Shown in pieces: positions 1-13,214 of a stretch of 64,000 nt of DNA. Numbering within the stretch: position 1 is the first letter of the stretch; every line of letters begins with the position of its first letter. The stretch is from Squalus acanthias. Its lineage: Eukaryota. Below the pieces are notes generated by a model that was not told the origin of the DNA, searched no databases, and saw only the letters and a list, made by a program, of their open reading frames with translations. A program made the translations under genes and the position numbers. The DNA is taken from assembly GCA_030390025.1 (NCBI GenBank), contig CM059432.1:110982001-111046000 (forward strand). The letters run 5' to 3'.

Positions 1-107
1 ACCTCCCCATCATCATTCCATCTGGCTTCTTCACAACATCCACTATGCACAAGCCCCATCCATCTTCACCCATCTGATACCCACCAACTCATCCTCTCCT
101 TCTGCAG

Positions 108-1255
108 GAAAAAACATGTACAATGCCAGGGTGAGGAATAGGAGGAGCGCCCAACATCACCACCCTGACACAGGCAGAGCAGGAAGCACCAGTGATCACG
201 GGCCCAGGCAGAGTCTCGAGCAGCGGGAAGGAGAGGCCGGCTGCGTACTCAATCAAGGTGTCTGCATTACTTTCTTTCTTCATTCAACTCAGCACAGATG
301 CAGCAAACTTCGCAACTTCAACCTGCATTCTGCAGACGGTTACTGGATCATGTGTAGCTTCTCTCTGACATCCGAACTCTTCTACGTTCTCTCTTCCTTC
401 TAAACACCAAGAGGATGCAGCATCAGGCACTCCATCCTCCCAGGCACCAGCTCAGACATTAGCACTCCATGTGGGAGAGAGAGAGAGAGAGAGAGAGAAA
501 AGTGGGGGGCTCTGCACCCAACACCAGTAGACAGAGACAGCAACGGAGAGATCTCACCGGAGGGCAAGACCCTTTCCCAGCTCTACTGAGTAGGACCGGA
601 ATGAGGACTTTATGGGCCCAGCCACAAGAAAAAAACTGCGGGCATCACACAAACGGCTTGGAAATGATGGTTGAGAGTGTGGAGGAGTCGGCATCCAGTC
701 TCTGTGCTGTCATCACCACTCTGTAGTCTACACCTGGAGAGTGTGTGAACACTGTCGCGGAGCCCTCACAGCAGGACTCCGTGCTCGAATGTCTTGCGGC
801 TTTTGTGGAACCTCAAACGCCTGCCATGCAAACGCTGAGCTCTGCAATAGAGAGATTGGGGCAAATCGAATGAATAGGGCTTTTGGAGGGGACTGTCATC
901 TTCTGTAATCTGCTCTCTCGCATTACTGAGTGATGAGCCCCAGTCCCAAGGAAGAGGCAGTAGCGCGATGGAAGCAGTACGTGCTGGCTTCTCTCAGCAC
1001 GTCTGCACATTCGCCCCCAACCCCGCCCAACCTGTACCCGCCATGGTGCTAACAAGTCAGCTGGGCGAGACGGCTCCAGCAGTAGCCGAGTTACAGCAGC
1101 CTGCAGTCGAGTCCTTAAAAGCTCGAGCATGCAGAAGTTACCAGCAGAATCATCTCGAGGGTCCGCACATGAGGAACAGCAATCTTCCACCAGCTCTGCT
1201 GAGGCCACTAGGGGAGCACCTCGAAGGATTGGTAGAGTTAGGAAACCTTCTTTAA
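108..1255 (+). pseudogene. Harbinger Myb/SANT-like accessory gene remnant (exons 2-3), copy A
   Basis: Acceptor ctgcag|GAAAAAA at 108 is equivalent to the EKRAHN exon 2 of the other copies. The 3' end resembles the 'STSSAEATRGAPRR' tail. Many frameshifts. Confidence 0.55.
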
Positions 1256-1339
1256 AAAAGGGAGTTGATCACCTGGGCGAGAAATGAAAGCAAGACATTT
1301 ATTATGTTTGGCATTTAATTGATCACCTTTATGGGTGTA

Positions 1340-2459
1340 AGCTCAGTGCAATCACTGAGCTCTGAGCTGATCTCTCACAGCTCTGGCTGCAAGGTGCTGA
1401 GGTAGCCCTCCTCCTTCTGCCCATTCCTCTCCTTCCCCCCAGGTCTTCCTCGTCTGATGAAAACTGTTGTTGCTGCTCTTCCTCCTCCAGGTGCAGGCCT
1501 CTCTGCAATGCAATGTTGTGCAATATGCCATGACATTCTATCCAGGGCATAGTGCAGGAACCACCAGCAAGCGGTCCAGACATCTGAACCTCTGCTTGAG
1601 CTGTCAAATCGTCTGCTCGATAATGATCCTGGTTGTGCCCTGGCTTTCTGATTGTATCTGTGCTGCTTGGGCGTGGCATGGTTGCGCAGAGGTGTCATCA
1701 GCCAGGTCTGCAGGGGCTATCTCGAGTCATGCTTCTCCCAAAAATCAAATGGTGGTGGGGGGTGTCTGAGAATAAAAGCATTGTGGAAGCTGCTCAGTCT
1801 CTCACAGATCTGCATGATGCTGTCCCTGTGATTAGCCACTGGTTGGACATCGATAGAGTGGTATCCTATTCTATTAATAAACGTTGCTGACTGTTGCTCC
1901 GGTGCCCTGATGGCCACGTGTGCACAGTCAGTCGCACCCTGCGTGCGAGGGAAGCCAGCAACTGCTACAAAGCCACAAGCTCTGTCCTGTTGACTGCTGA
2001 GGGCAGTGTGGATGGTAATGTACTGCTTGTCCCTGGCAATTAGGACGTCGGTCACCTGCTTAATGCAGCTGTGAACTGCAGACTGGGAGATGTGGCTAGT
2101 GTCCCCTGTAGCGGACCGAAAGGATCAGTGGCGTAAAAGTTCAGTGCTGTAGTGATTTTGAGGGCCACTGGCATGGCATGGCATGTCCCCCTGGTCCAGC
2201 AGGCCATGTTGCAGAGGTCTGTGACAGCCTGCCTGGAGAAGCTCAGCCTTCTCATGCACTGCTCCTCGGGTGGATCCAAGAAGGTGGTTCTTGGCCTATA
2301 GACCCTGTGCGCTGGGTATTGCCTCCTGTATGCAGCCCCCTCCCTTCACTATTACCTGCTGTCTTCTGAAAGGCCCAGCGGCTGTTGGTGGTGATTGCTG
2401 AGGCTCCTCCTCCTCCAAAGCTTCCTTCATCCTGAACAGGAATCAAGAATAGCTCCCAT
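1340..2459 (-). pseudogene. Harbinger (HARBI1-like, DDE_Tnp_4) transposase pseudogene, copy A
   Basis: Fragments in different frames: MPVALKITTALNFYAT, GFPRTQGATDCAHVAIRAP, FINRIGYHSIDVQ, WLMTPLRN, C-ILHNIALQRG and an acidic tail. Confidence 0.85.
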
Positions 2460-2488
2460 ACTGAGAGACACCTAACTGAAGGACTACA

Positions 2489-2835
2489 AAAAAAAAGACT
2501 TGCATTTCTGTAGCGCCTTTCACGACCACCGGACATCTCAAAGCGCTTTACAGCCAATGAAGTACTTTTTGAAGTGTAGTCGCTGTTGTAATGTAGGAAA
2601 CATGGCAGCCAATTTGCGTACAGCAAGCTCCCACGTATAGCAATGTGATAATGACCAGATAATCTGGTTTTTTTTGTTATGTTGGTTGAGGGATAAATAT
2701 TGGCCAGATACCAGGGATAACGCCCCTGCTCTTCTTTGAAATAGTGCCATGAGATCTTTTATGTCCACCTGAGAGAACAGACGGGGCTTCGGTTTAATGC
2801 CTCATCTGAAAGATGGCACCTCTGACAGTGCAGCG
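2489..2835 (-). mobile_element. 5'-truncated SacSINE1/DeuSINE-like SINE
   Basis: Closely matches the body and tail of the full copy at 15031-15488. No tRNA head. Confidence 0.8.
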
Positions 2836-3009
2836 CTACAAAGCAACTAAAGTGCAGAGGACATGATCTGGAAGCACTCCTGGCAATTGGGACAGCAAAA
2901 GATCCTGTGATCCAGTGAGCTGCAGCTGACTTTATATGGCTTCAGGAGCTTTCTGGGTAAAGAAACTTATCCTGAATTCCTTATTTGATTTATTATGACA
3001 ATCTTATAT

Positions 3010-3160
3010 TTATGACCTCTAGTTTTGGACTCCTCTACAAGTGGAAAGATCTTCTCTACATCTACCCTAGCAAACCCTTTAAGGCCTCTATCTGGTCACC
3101 TCTCAGGTCTTCTCTTTTCTAGAGAAAAAGCCCCAGTCTGTTCAGTCTTTCCTGGTAGTT
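3010..3160 (-). mobile_element. Old CR1 LINE 3' fragment
   Basis: Degenerate similarity to the CR1 ORF2 C-terminal segments elsewhere in the window (e.g. 60300-60470). Confidence 0.5.
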
Positions 3161-3836
3161 TTAGGGGTGAAAAGCTGTATGTCCACACTATAGGGCGCAT
3201 ACTCTTAAAAAAAAAGATTAGCACGAGTGATATAATTATTCCAGGTTCACCAAAAAATAATCAGCAGTTGATTGGCAATAAATTCTACAGAGTGTGCATT
3301 ATATGTTGACCACAGTTTTATGAGGCTGTAAATTTAGAAATGTGTTTGGCTCAATATATTTCCCTAATGTCTTTTTCCTCTTGATCTATATTCTCCAGAC
3401 TGTACCTTGAGAAAGATGAAAAAAAATCCTGTTTTCTTCAGAACTATACTTTTAGTGCATTATTTTTTTCCTTATTCGGGTTATTATTACTTTTTAAAAA
3501 TAAAAATAAATCAATCACTGAGACGGATATCAAAATACTTTCATAAATATATATCATGACTACATTGAAACCCTAACCCAAGCTCGCCCGATTTCTGACA
3601 TTTTCAACGGTCTGTCCACCTTCTGTCCTTTCATTATCTGAGGGTTTTTTTTTAAGGTTTTTTGTCTAAAGAGCAAATACAAGACAGCACTAACCTCATT
3701 CACTGCAAATGCAAATGATAGAGCTGGAACTGTGAGAGTGCACTGCCAGCATGGAGCCTCGCCATACACAGTGCGGGACACAATGTTCTAGTCTTACCTG
3801 CGACCCGAGCTCACATCCAGTAAACTTCAACACTAA

Positions 3837-4729
3837 GGGGTAAAAATTCACTTGGTTGCGCCACCCGTTAGCGCCTTAAGAGGGCGCTAATGGGGCGCAA
3901 AGCCGCTAACGCCCGGGCGCAGCGATGTTTGCGCCGCTCGAGAACTTAACTTGAGATTGTGCGGCGGCGCTAAAACTTATCGCTGCGACCACCTGCGCGC
4001 GCAGATTGTGACGTCATTCCATGGTGCAACGCCCTTGGGGCGCCCCGTAGCGGAAATTGAGTGGCGCCCCCTGCCTTACCGCCTGGCGCTTCCAACGACC
4101 AGAAGACTGGAACGCTATCAATCGCTGTGGGGCTGGGGGGGGCGCTATTTAAAGGGGGCCTCTTCCTGTCTTTTATTGTTGGTGGCATTTTTGAACTACG
4201 CATTCTGAGAGAGAGAGGGAGAGACTTCTGGAGAGATTCAACGTTGTGTGAAGGAGTTTTGGGTACTGAGCAGCACTTTGCAGGTTCATTTTGATTTGCC
4301 ATTCCTTGTATCGATTTAGCAGAGACCGTGGGAGCTGCACTCTGAGCTCTTTGCCTGGTGCTCTCCATTGTTCTTTCCAGCACATTTGATGTGCAAGTCT
4401 CTCCAGGCCGAGATTCAAGGCAGCAATGAACAGGATGTGGATGGAAAGCAAGATTAACCATCCCCTTTAAGAACTGGCCCGTGCCATTGTGTGTGTGTTC
4501 CATTGCTGACTGACATTACATGAGCTTCGCCAGCGCTCCGAGTTAGCGCCTCACTGCTCGGCCTTTGCACCTTAAGAGAGGTGTGCAGCGCCTGCTTTAG
4601 CGCTCCACTCACCTCCCGGGGCGGTAAAAGTGAAGTTTCCCATCAGTGCCGATAATTAGCGCCAGGCGCTAATATTTGCGTCCGGACGATATTTGCGCCC
4701 CAAACGGGGCGCGACCTAATTTCTACCCC
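3837..4729. mobile_element. Non-autonomous Harbinger-type TIR element (893 bp)
   Basis: TIRs GGGGTAAAAATT / AATTTCTACCCC with a TAA target-site duplication (3834-3836, 4730-4732). A related copy lies inverted at 61121-62759. Confidence 0.85.
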
Positions 4730-5090
4730 TAAGAGTCTCGCAGTTTCTGAACCAAGGTCGGATGCACAGACTCACAGAATGGTTTTCTAATAGGATTGCC
4801 ACAATTAGGGCTAATCGGCTATTTGATTTGGGATTTGTTTTAAGCTGCAACAGTTTTTGGGTACAAGATCAGGTTTGGGTCTTTAAGGGGTAATTCACAA
4901 TGATGGGGTCTGCTCTCGGTTGTTTTTAACATCGGGAAATGTTGGAAGCACTGGGACAAAAGTGGGATTGGTATGTAAACGTGCAGCCCTTGAAATGATT
5001 ATCCTTAACAATCTTGAACAATGGGAGGGGTTATTAACTCACCACTGCCATCCAGGTTCATTGCATTAGGATAACACATTCAGAAAACAG

Positions 5091-5284
5091 CGAGGGTGGT
5101 GGAAGCTGATTCAATAATAACTTCCAAAAGGGAACTGGATAAATATTTGAATGGGAAAAATTTGCAAGGTTATGGGGTAAGAGCAGGGGAGTGGGACTAA
5201 TTGGATAACTCTTTCAAAGAGCTGGCACAGGCACGATGAGCTGAATGGCCTCCTTCTGTGCTGTATCATTCTATGATTCTATGA
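5091..5284 (+). mobile_element. CR1 LINE 3' tail
   Basis: 'VVEADSI..FKRELD'-type end, then GAATGGCCTCCTTCTGTGCTG and an (ATTCTATG)n tail. Confidence 0.85.
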
Positions 5285-5506
5285 TAGTCCTCAAGGAGCC
5301 CACTTCATGTGGACATGGAATAGAAGGGGAGGGCAGCACATGTTGAAGGTCTGTTCCAAAGGCCAAGAGGAGCAGGCTTAAGCCTGGACTAGAAATTCAG
5401 ATGTAGCGAATCAGTTTTGCAGCTATAGAAAGAGGGGAAAACAAAAGTGAGCATACAGCTGCAATTTGGGTTGGCATATCTATTGTTATAGAAACATTAT
5501 CACATA

Positions 5507-5783
5507 GTGTAGTGGTTATGTTATTGGACTAGTAATCTAGAGAACACAAGTTCAAATCATGGTAATTTGAGAATTTGAATTCAGTTTTTTTTTTTAAATC
5601 TGTAAATAAAAACTGTATCAATAAAAGTAGCCACAAAGCTGTCAAATTGTCATAAAACACAACTAGTTCACTAACATCCTTTCAGGAAGGAAATCTGCCG
5701 TCCTTACCCAGCCTGGCCTATATGCAGCTCCAGTCCCACAGCAATGTGGTTGACCCTTAACTGCCCTCTGAAGTGGCCCAGCA
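5507..5783 (+). mobile_element. tRNA-derived SINE, family not assigned
   Basis: A-box-like GTGTAGTGGTT and B-box-like AGTTCAAATC. Body resembles a common shark SINE as I recall it. Confidence 0.55.
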
Positions 5784-6872
5784 AAGAGCACGATATCCAA
5801 TTTGTGTGACAAGGGAGATGCAGCATTTCCCCCCATAGCCTTATCCATTGTATTACTAGATACTAGGCAGTGCGGGCTCACACCAGAATGCAAGGAATGC
5901 AGGGCCCACTTACAGGATATACCCATGACAAAAACCCAAGCGAATCCTGAGGCAGACCCGAGATTGAAAACAAACTGACCTGTTCCCTCCAGTTCACACT
6001 TATTAGATTTGGCCTGGAATCTTTTGCAATTGACAGTGGTGGAGTGGCAATCTTCAGTTGTCATGGCAGCACACACAAAATCAATCTGTTCAGCCAATTC
6101 AAATTTTCTGGGCTTCAGTGAGTTGGCCTATCAGTCAAAATGTGTCTCTGTCCATGGTGAAGCACATCAGAGGATTGGGAAGCCTTAGTGATAGGAGCCT
6201 CCCAAGTCCCAATGCGTGGGAGCCCCCGAGCCACATGGTAAGATGACTTCTGCTTTCATATTCATATTCCAAAAAAGTCACCGTAACATTTTCTTAATAC
6301 CTACTTTACAACACTCAGCCAATAGAATGTACAGAAAACAGATTGAGCAGCTGTGATATGAAAGATATATGATGATCAGGTCATTGTCTCAGCCTGGAAT
6401 GGGGCATGGTGTAGGAGGGAGAGGTAAAGGAATAAGAGAGATTATTAGCCAAATGCAGGAGGGAAGAAGGATGAGAAAGGGAAAAATACATGTTGAAAGC
6501 TGAAGAAGTACTAGACTGTTCAAATAGTAAGCAGACACTGCAAAGTTATAAGACAAAAGGCTGATCATTAAAGCCTCCAAAATGTATTATTTTCCACAGT
6601 AACCGCAGTTTATTTTCTGCATTGGATTTTACTACTTATGATACTTGAAATGTTCTCATTCCTGTCTGCATACACGCACAACATGTCCACATCTAATGAC
6701 TACTTAATGCATTCCATTCAATAACTATTACTACAGGTCACCGCTGAGTCAGGACCTAGGCTCAAAATTTCTTGCTCAGAATTCTTTATAAGGAAAGCAA
6801 TAACATGATTCTTGGCATTGGCTGGATAGATTGAGACAGCCTGCAGCACATAAAATAGTAACAAATGAGACA

Positions 6873-7444
6873 ATCATAGAATCATAGAAGATAGGAGCAG
6901 GAGTAGGCCATTCGGCCCCTCTAGCCTGCTTCGCCATTCAATGCGATCATGGCTGATCATCCAAATTCAGTACCCTGTCCCTGCTTTCTCCCCATATCCC
7001 TTGATCCCTTTAGCCTTAAGAAATATATCCAACTCCTTCTTGAATCTATTTAATGAATTGGCCTCTACTGCCTTCTGTGGTAGAGAATTCCACAGGTTCA
7101 CCACTCTCTGGGTGAAGAAATTCTTCCTCATTTCTGTCCTAAATGGCTTACCCCTTATCCTTAGACTGTGACCCCTGGTTCTGGACTCCCCGACCATCGG
7201 GAACATCCTTCCTGCATCTAGTTTGTCCTGTCCTGTCAGAATTTTATAAGTTTCAATGAGATCCCTCTCATTCTTCTAAACTCCAGCGAGTATAAGCCCA
7301 ATCGACCCAATCTCTCTTCATACGTCATTCCTGCCATCCCAGGTATCAGCCTTGTGAATCTTCGCTGAACTCCTTCCATGGCAAGAACATCCTTCCTCAG
7401 ATAAGGCGACCAAAACTGCACACAGTACTCAAGGTGTGGTCTCA
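6873..7444 (-). mobile_element. CR1 LINE 3' portion (ORF2 C-terminus plus tail)
   Basis: Translates RPHLEYCVQFWSPYLRKD...QRRFTRLIPG and RTRGHSLRIRG...FFTQRVVNLWNSLP. Ends in TTCTATGA repeats. Confidence 0.92.
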
Positions 7445-8456
7445 GTTGTGGAGGCACTATTATCCGTGGCCACCTTAACACTTTACAATCGGAGCAACCA
7501 TCAAAACAAATTATGATTCCTGGAAGCAGCAACAGGTTGCTTCTGTAGTCACGTTGATATTTTCATAGTCAATTAGACAGCCATTGTTTAATACAGCTTG
7601 ATTACTGACTATTAAACTAAATACTCTGATTTGTGTGTTTTTAGTGTCTTTCTGTTGGCTATGAAGTTGAATTGTCCTAAACTCATTGTATTTTGTCCCC
7701 AATCTCTCTCCCCCCCTACCCCACCTTCTTGTTGGGGTTTGGTTACATGGTGTTAGCATGTCTATAAATCTTACTTTACCAAACAGATCATAGGCCTGAT
7801 AACGCACGTGATTGTGTCAGGGCCTGTCAACCTGTTGTATAAACATATTTTGCCATCAAGAGACAGGAACATGCAGCCAAAATAAACCAGATCTCACAAA
7901 GCATATTTCCCTGTGCAGTAATGAGTCTCTGCAGCAAGTTCAGTTGCAAACAGTGAAGCAATTTTGAAGTTAAACCAATAATAAATACCTCTATTTAAAG
8001 AAATGGCATTAAATGATTGGATGCCATCATTAGATCTGGTTGATCTACAGATGTGATTTCCATTTCACACCAACATTAAACATGTGTGGTGTAAACACAG
8101 AGTGAGGGGTCAACCTCACTTCAGAATGAACCGGAGTGAGGATTCCTCCTTGGGGAGTCTCATTCTGTTTTTCTCCAGTGTCAGGCTTTTTGAGTCTGGA
8201 TTTAGGCTTCATTTACATTATAACTTCAAAAACAAACTGTGTGCCAGTATTGTGTAAATGGAGCCTAAAATGTTATCTTTTAAACCTATGTAGTTGCTGG
8301 ATTTGAATAAAATCTATCTCCGATATTGCAAGTCATCATCTGGACAGCCAAATAGAAAAAAAATTACAATAACTTCTTTCATGATAAAGGTCATTTTGGA
8401 GGCTAACATTAAACCAGAAATTATTCAGCCATTCAGGAAGTTTCTGTGGAGAGAGG

Positions 8457-8710
8457 AAACATAGAAACATAGAAACTAGGAGCAGGAGTAGGCCATTCGG
8501 CCCGTCGAGCCTGCTCCACCATTCAATACGATCATGGCTGATCATCCAAATCCAATACCCTGTCCCTGCTTTCTCACACAGAATGCCAATCAAGCCTGCA
8601 CCGACACATATCCCACCCTATCCCCGTAACCCCACATATTTAATCCCCCCCTAACATTAAGGGTCAATTTATCATAGCCAAATCAACCTAACCCGCACAT
8701 TTTTGGACGG
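8457..8710 (-). mobile_element. CR1 tail joined to an HE1-like SINE fragment
   Basis: (TTTCTATG)n tail and CR1 3'UTR at 8457-8575. 8600-8710 resembles the HE1/V-SINE body (recalled). Confidence 0.65.
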
Positions 8711-9079
8711 TAGGGGAAGGTAGGGGTAACGTTTTAGGTCAATGACCTTTCATTTTTGGAGGCACTGTCTTCATGATAGTCTTTGGCAAATTATTATTTA
8801 TTTCAGGAGCTAGAAACCAGAATCGCCGTGCATCACTCTGGTCTCAGCACCATGTACAAACAGTGCAGCGATGCACTTTGATATCATTTATGTTGCTGTG
8901 TATGTTTAGAAGCAAACAAAAACAATTTAAATACAATTTTTCCATCAAGCAGATATATTTTTAATATAAACAATGGGCAGTTCTGGAAAGCAAAGATTTA
9001 TTTTTCTGAGTTTGTAAAGGTTGGCACTCTGGGAAAGTAGAACATTTTCCAACTACTGTCACCCAGCATCAATATGCAG

Positions 9080-9370
9080 GACTCCGAGTTCAGGTACACC
9101 ACAGGCCAGATACAGATTAAAGCTCCTTCCACTCTGTCACAATATGCTTTAAACCCAACCTCAGACAACTCCTCCCTACTGTACCAGCGTCAACGTTTCC
9201 ACCACTTAAATCAACTAGCTGTGCACCCATTCTGGGTCAGGTCTATTATGGGAAGTTAAAATGTTCTGTAGGAATTGTTCAGTAGTTTCATGCCATTAGT
9301 TTTAGCTGGGTTCAAACCCAGGTTCCACTGAAAGGACAGCGTGCTAACCCATTGTACTACACAGTCCCCC
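9080..9370 (-). mobile_element. Old tRNA-derived SINE-like element
   Basis: The minus strand starts GGGGACTGTGTAGTACAATGGGTTAGCACG...GGGTTTGAACCC, a degenerate A/B box head. Confidence 0.4.
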
Positions 9371-12300
9371 TGAAAAACAGAGTTAAAGGAGGTGCAAAAC
9401 CATTAAAATATAACAATTTTGAAATAGGAAGGAAGAGAAGCAATGTCCCCAGGCATAGGAATAGATAAGATGAGGAAATAAACAAAGCAAGGTCTTTTGA
9501 ACCACATTTTCATTTTTATTCCCTCCCAAGTTTTAATAAACATCTCCACCATCTCCAGTCTACGCAAGGTCAATTCGGTGCCACTTGAGACTGTTCACAG
9601 TTGTGTTAGTTTACTTATACAATTATTATTAAATATTTAGCATCTCTGCAAGACGCACTTGATCAGCAGCCTTTGTACAAGTGTTCAAGTGGTCATCCTC
9701 TGAGGAGCTCCCACAGCAAGGGTAAATACAGTTAGAACTATACAAGAAATAATAAATTGCTCTGCTCATTTATATTATTCCACTTCACTGTATAGCCAAG
9801 ACTAGACTGCACAAATATCTGAACAAAACAGTTGAACATCAGTCCAATCCAGTAAAGTAACAACAGGAATGGTCCAAGCTTAACAACATTTAAAAATACA
9901 AATGTACAGAAAATAATTTTGCCAATATACTGTGCATGTTCTGAGCATTGTATTTTCAATACTTAGGTTAACCAAATCAGGTAACTTAGCCATCTAATTG
10001 CCCAAGATATCTGCCTTGCTGCCCTGATGTTCGTATGTTGCTACTCACACGACTCAAGCATTGGTTTAAATTTTGATTAATAGATACAAGGATGTATATT
10101 TTAGGGTTAATTAGGTGAAAAAAAGTTTAAATAAGTCCCAGTTTGAAAGGAGACATAGTAACCTTCCCCAATCACTCAATGGTACTGTACTGTCAGCCTT
10201 GGAATGTATCAGGCAGAAAGAGCAAAGTCTGTAAGGGTTCCTTCTGCTGATTGCTGCCCCCTCACCCCTGCAGCAAAGTACACTTGTATAGGCATCGGGT
10301 GAGGAGAGAAATAGAGTTTTCTGTGATGTCCCGCAATGTAACTGTCTGCCAACTTTCACTGTCTAGATTTCCACATGAATTGTGGACACTTTGGAGAGTC
10401 ATAGGAGGTTTCCCAGCAGCCAGGGAACGCTGTCCTAGCATGAAGGGGACGGAAAATATTGGAGGAGAAAAAGGAGCATTATCTTTGTTGCCAGTATAGG
10501 AGAGGAGCTGCATCCACTTTTTTTCCAATGTCACAAGCAAGCAAAGCATTACAAGGATGTTTTTGGAACATATCAAGTGTTCGGCAAATAAATGAAAGTC
10601 ACTTTGCCACTTTTAATGCAGAGTCTGACCCTTCAAGAAAGAATTAATGTTATGTCAGTCAGTAAGGTGGTCACTGGTTTGCTCAAATCTCATTGGGCAT
10701 ATCTGTAATTTTCATTTTTTTTTTAAATGATGATGTCACCAGTTCTCGAATGGCTGGCTGGATCAACCATTCAGATAAGATACAGCACCACAAACATTGC
10801 AAGTGGTAACCCTCAAAAATACAAACACAAAAAATATCTTCCTATCGACTCGTTTTCTGTATGCAAATTCTGGGGAAAAGTAAAAGGTCCTGTTTTGCAT
10901 TCCACAGACAACTAATTGTCCCTTCATTGCTTTTATAGTATTGTAGTGTTCAGTATTCAAAGGTTTTTGGACTCAGTCTGGAGCACAGAGTTTCCATTGC
11001 AGTCTTCAAAGTATGTTTTCAATACCTTAACGCATCAGTACATAAGATTTAAAGTTACAATGCTAAAATATTTTGAAAAATCAAAATATGCAAATATGTG
11101 GAACTAATACCACTTCAATTACAATCTCCTCCATTGAATGTTTATGTTAAAGAATTAAATAAATACTTCTGTTTTATAATGCTGCAAGAAATTCTGCTGT
11201 GGTGCTCAAAGAGTTAACTTCTGTGCAGTGGGCACTTTATTGGATCGGTCCAAACACATTAGAGTTTGTACATGGTTAAAGATATTTCACCTCATCCAGG
11301 AGCTCTGAGCTAGGACGCTTCTACATTGTTACCAAGCTGTGCTGTGTATCTCATTCAACCACAGCTGTCTAATTAAAGCAGGCAGTTCTAATCACTCCGA
11401 AGTAGTTGTCATCTGCAGCAGCTTACTAACCTTCCAGCAGAGGACTGGGTATTACTGGACTGTATTGCAGCAGTGCAATGGATTATCTGAAACAGAACTA
11501 GTTCAGCATCCATTACACTGCACTGTTTACATTCCCAGAGCACAAGGATTCCTGCCTGACACGTGTCCATCCTTTTACTTGAGCTTTTCATAATATCATT
11601 CGCCACTCAATGAGAGGAAACTGAATTTGTTAACAGTCACTTTCAATATAAGAACATTAATCTAGTGCATTAACTACAGAAAAAAGCAGCAGCCACAACA
11701 CTGCTGCTTCCCAGTCACACAAGACAAGAGCCTTTGCAGAGAAATAAAGCAACTTACTTGCAAGGCAGAAGCTCGTACTACTCCATCTCCCACTTCACTC
11801 TTGTCTGCATACAATACTCACTATTTGCCCAAGGCCTTGGCATTCACCACTTCAGCAACTGCATCATAGCTCAGCTGTGCACCAGACATGCTCAGTAATG
11901 TGACCTTCTCATTCTGGAAACTACCAAGCTACGTGAAATGAAGGGGGAATTGGATTAAACCACAGCCAGGAGAAAGGCACCTGTTTGCTGAAATACAGGT
12001 AAGGAGGAGAAAATTAAACCCGACTCCTTTTTCATCAAGGCGGCGATAGAACTGATGAATGTTAGGTTTTATGAGGTACTTTGCAAAGTAAAAAATTCAC
12101 TGTACAATCAGAAATGACAGACCAGATTCCTCAGGGTGTTTAGCGCCTCATGAATAAAAGCCTATCTTTCTTTAAGCAAGATCACAGAATATGTTATTCA
12201 GTAAGCCAGAGCATTACATTGCTCATCAGTGATGATATCTATTTACCATTCCTTTTTCTAGACATTTTCTGAGCTTGCATTGACACCTAAGAAGAAATGA

Positions 12301-12459
12301 AAGCACATTATATGCTTTTGATCACAGGAGGGCATTGTATGTTCAAACTACTCCGAGACTGCAGAACTATTAAACACACATCTTAACCTCCATGTGACAC
12401 ACCAACTCTGTTTTCTCCTCGGCCTTTAAATTTAGACCTCAAAAAAGATAACTCCGTGA

Positions 12460-13180
12460 GGGGATTTTAACCCCAAAAATGGGTGGGTTGGGGTTGGGTG
12501 GGAGGTTAAAGAGGTAAAAAACTGAATCTCATTTAAATATTATAATGAGGCTGGCATGCCTCATGATGATCCACCATTTCAAATTTAACTCTGGTTGGTC
12601 GGGTTTCCCAGGCCTCGGGGAACCCGCCAGCTAAAGGAAGGCGAGGACTGCTGGATCCAGGAGGTAAGTGCCTTTACAATTACCTGCTGGATCCAAAGTC
12701 CCTGCTTTGGACACCCTCTGACCTCCCCTCCCCCGTACCCGAGGCCTTCGACCTCCCCCCCCCAAGGCCTCTGATTCCCCCTCCAGCCTTCGATCCTTGG
12801 CTCCCACCTACCAATCCCCCCTCCAGCCCCCAACCGCATCTCCCCCCCCTCACCCCCGTCACCCCCCTCTTCCCTCTGGTTCCCGATCACCTTCCCGGCC
12901 TCCCCCCTTGGCCCCCGATTGCCTTCCCGTCCTCCCCCCTCCGCCCTTATCTTCCTCCTGCTCCCAATCCTCCTCCGGCCCCGATCCTCCTCCGGCCTCC
13001 GACCACCGATCCCTCCCTCCCTCCTCTCTACGGCCCAGTGCCACAGGCCTACCCTCCCGACAGCTAGCCAGCCTCTCCATCTGGTTAAATTCGACAGGGC
13101 CTCCGGGAATCCCGTTCTCCCGGGTTTCCCGACCGCTTTCCAATCCCCCAGCTCCCTACCCGCCTCCAAATTAAAATTCT
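12460..13180. mobile_element. Non-autonomous TIR element with C-rich interior
   Basis: Ends GGGGATTTTAA / TTAAAATTC, subterminal GG(C/T)GGGTT motifs like the Harbingers, internal palindrome at 12645-12701. No clear TSD. Confidence 0.6.
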
Positions 13181-13214
13181 GGATGTGTGTTTTGACCTTG
13201 TATCAAACACTTAC

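Larger units (their letters stand above)
1..2950. mobile_element. Decayed PIF/Harbinger DNA transposon (copy A); left end outside the window, right boundary approximate
   Basis: Has the same convergent layout as the elements at 40.8-53.9 kb: Myb-gene remnants on + and transposase remnants on -. Interrupted by a SINE at ~2489-2835. Confidence 0.8.

Noticed and set aside
3970..4503. Conserved novel protein MEHTHNGTGQ... also at 61347-61727
   Set aside because: Similarity is explained by two copies of one TIR element. The ORF ends differ and no domain is recognisable.
6020..6045. FAIDSG resembling the end of the next CDH13 exon
   Set aside because: Wrong strand and no upstream similarity.
7446..7845. 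Solo LTR next to CR1 (similarly TGTAAC start at ~14724)
   Set aside because: TG/CA ends are possible but there is no TSD or clear internal signal.
10262..10576. Further cadherin exon (DNAPF and GKPPMT words)
   Set aside because: The two words belong to different CDH13 exons, and the spacing and surrounding residues do not fit; likely chance.
11755..11930. Possible minus-strand exon ending in GTAAGT
   Set aside because: The frame examined has a stop and no recognisable protein similarity.
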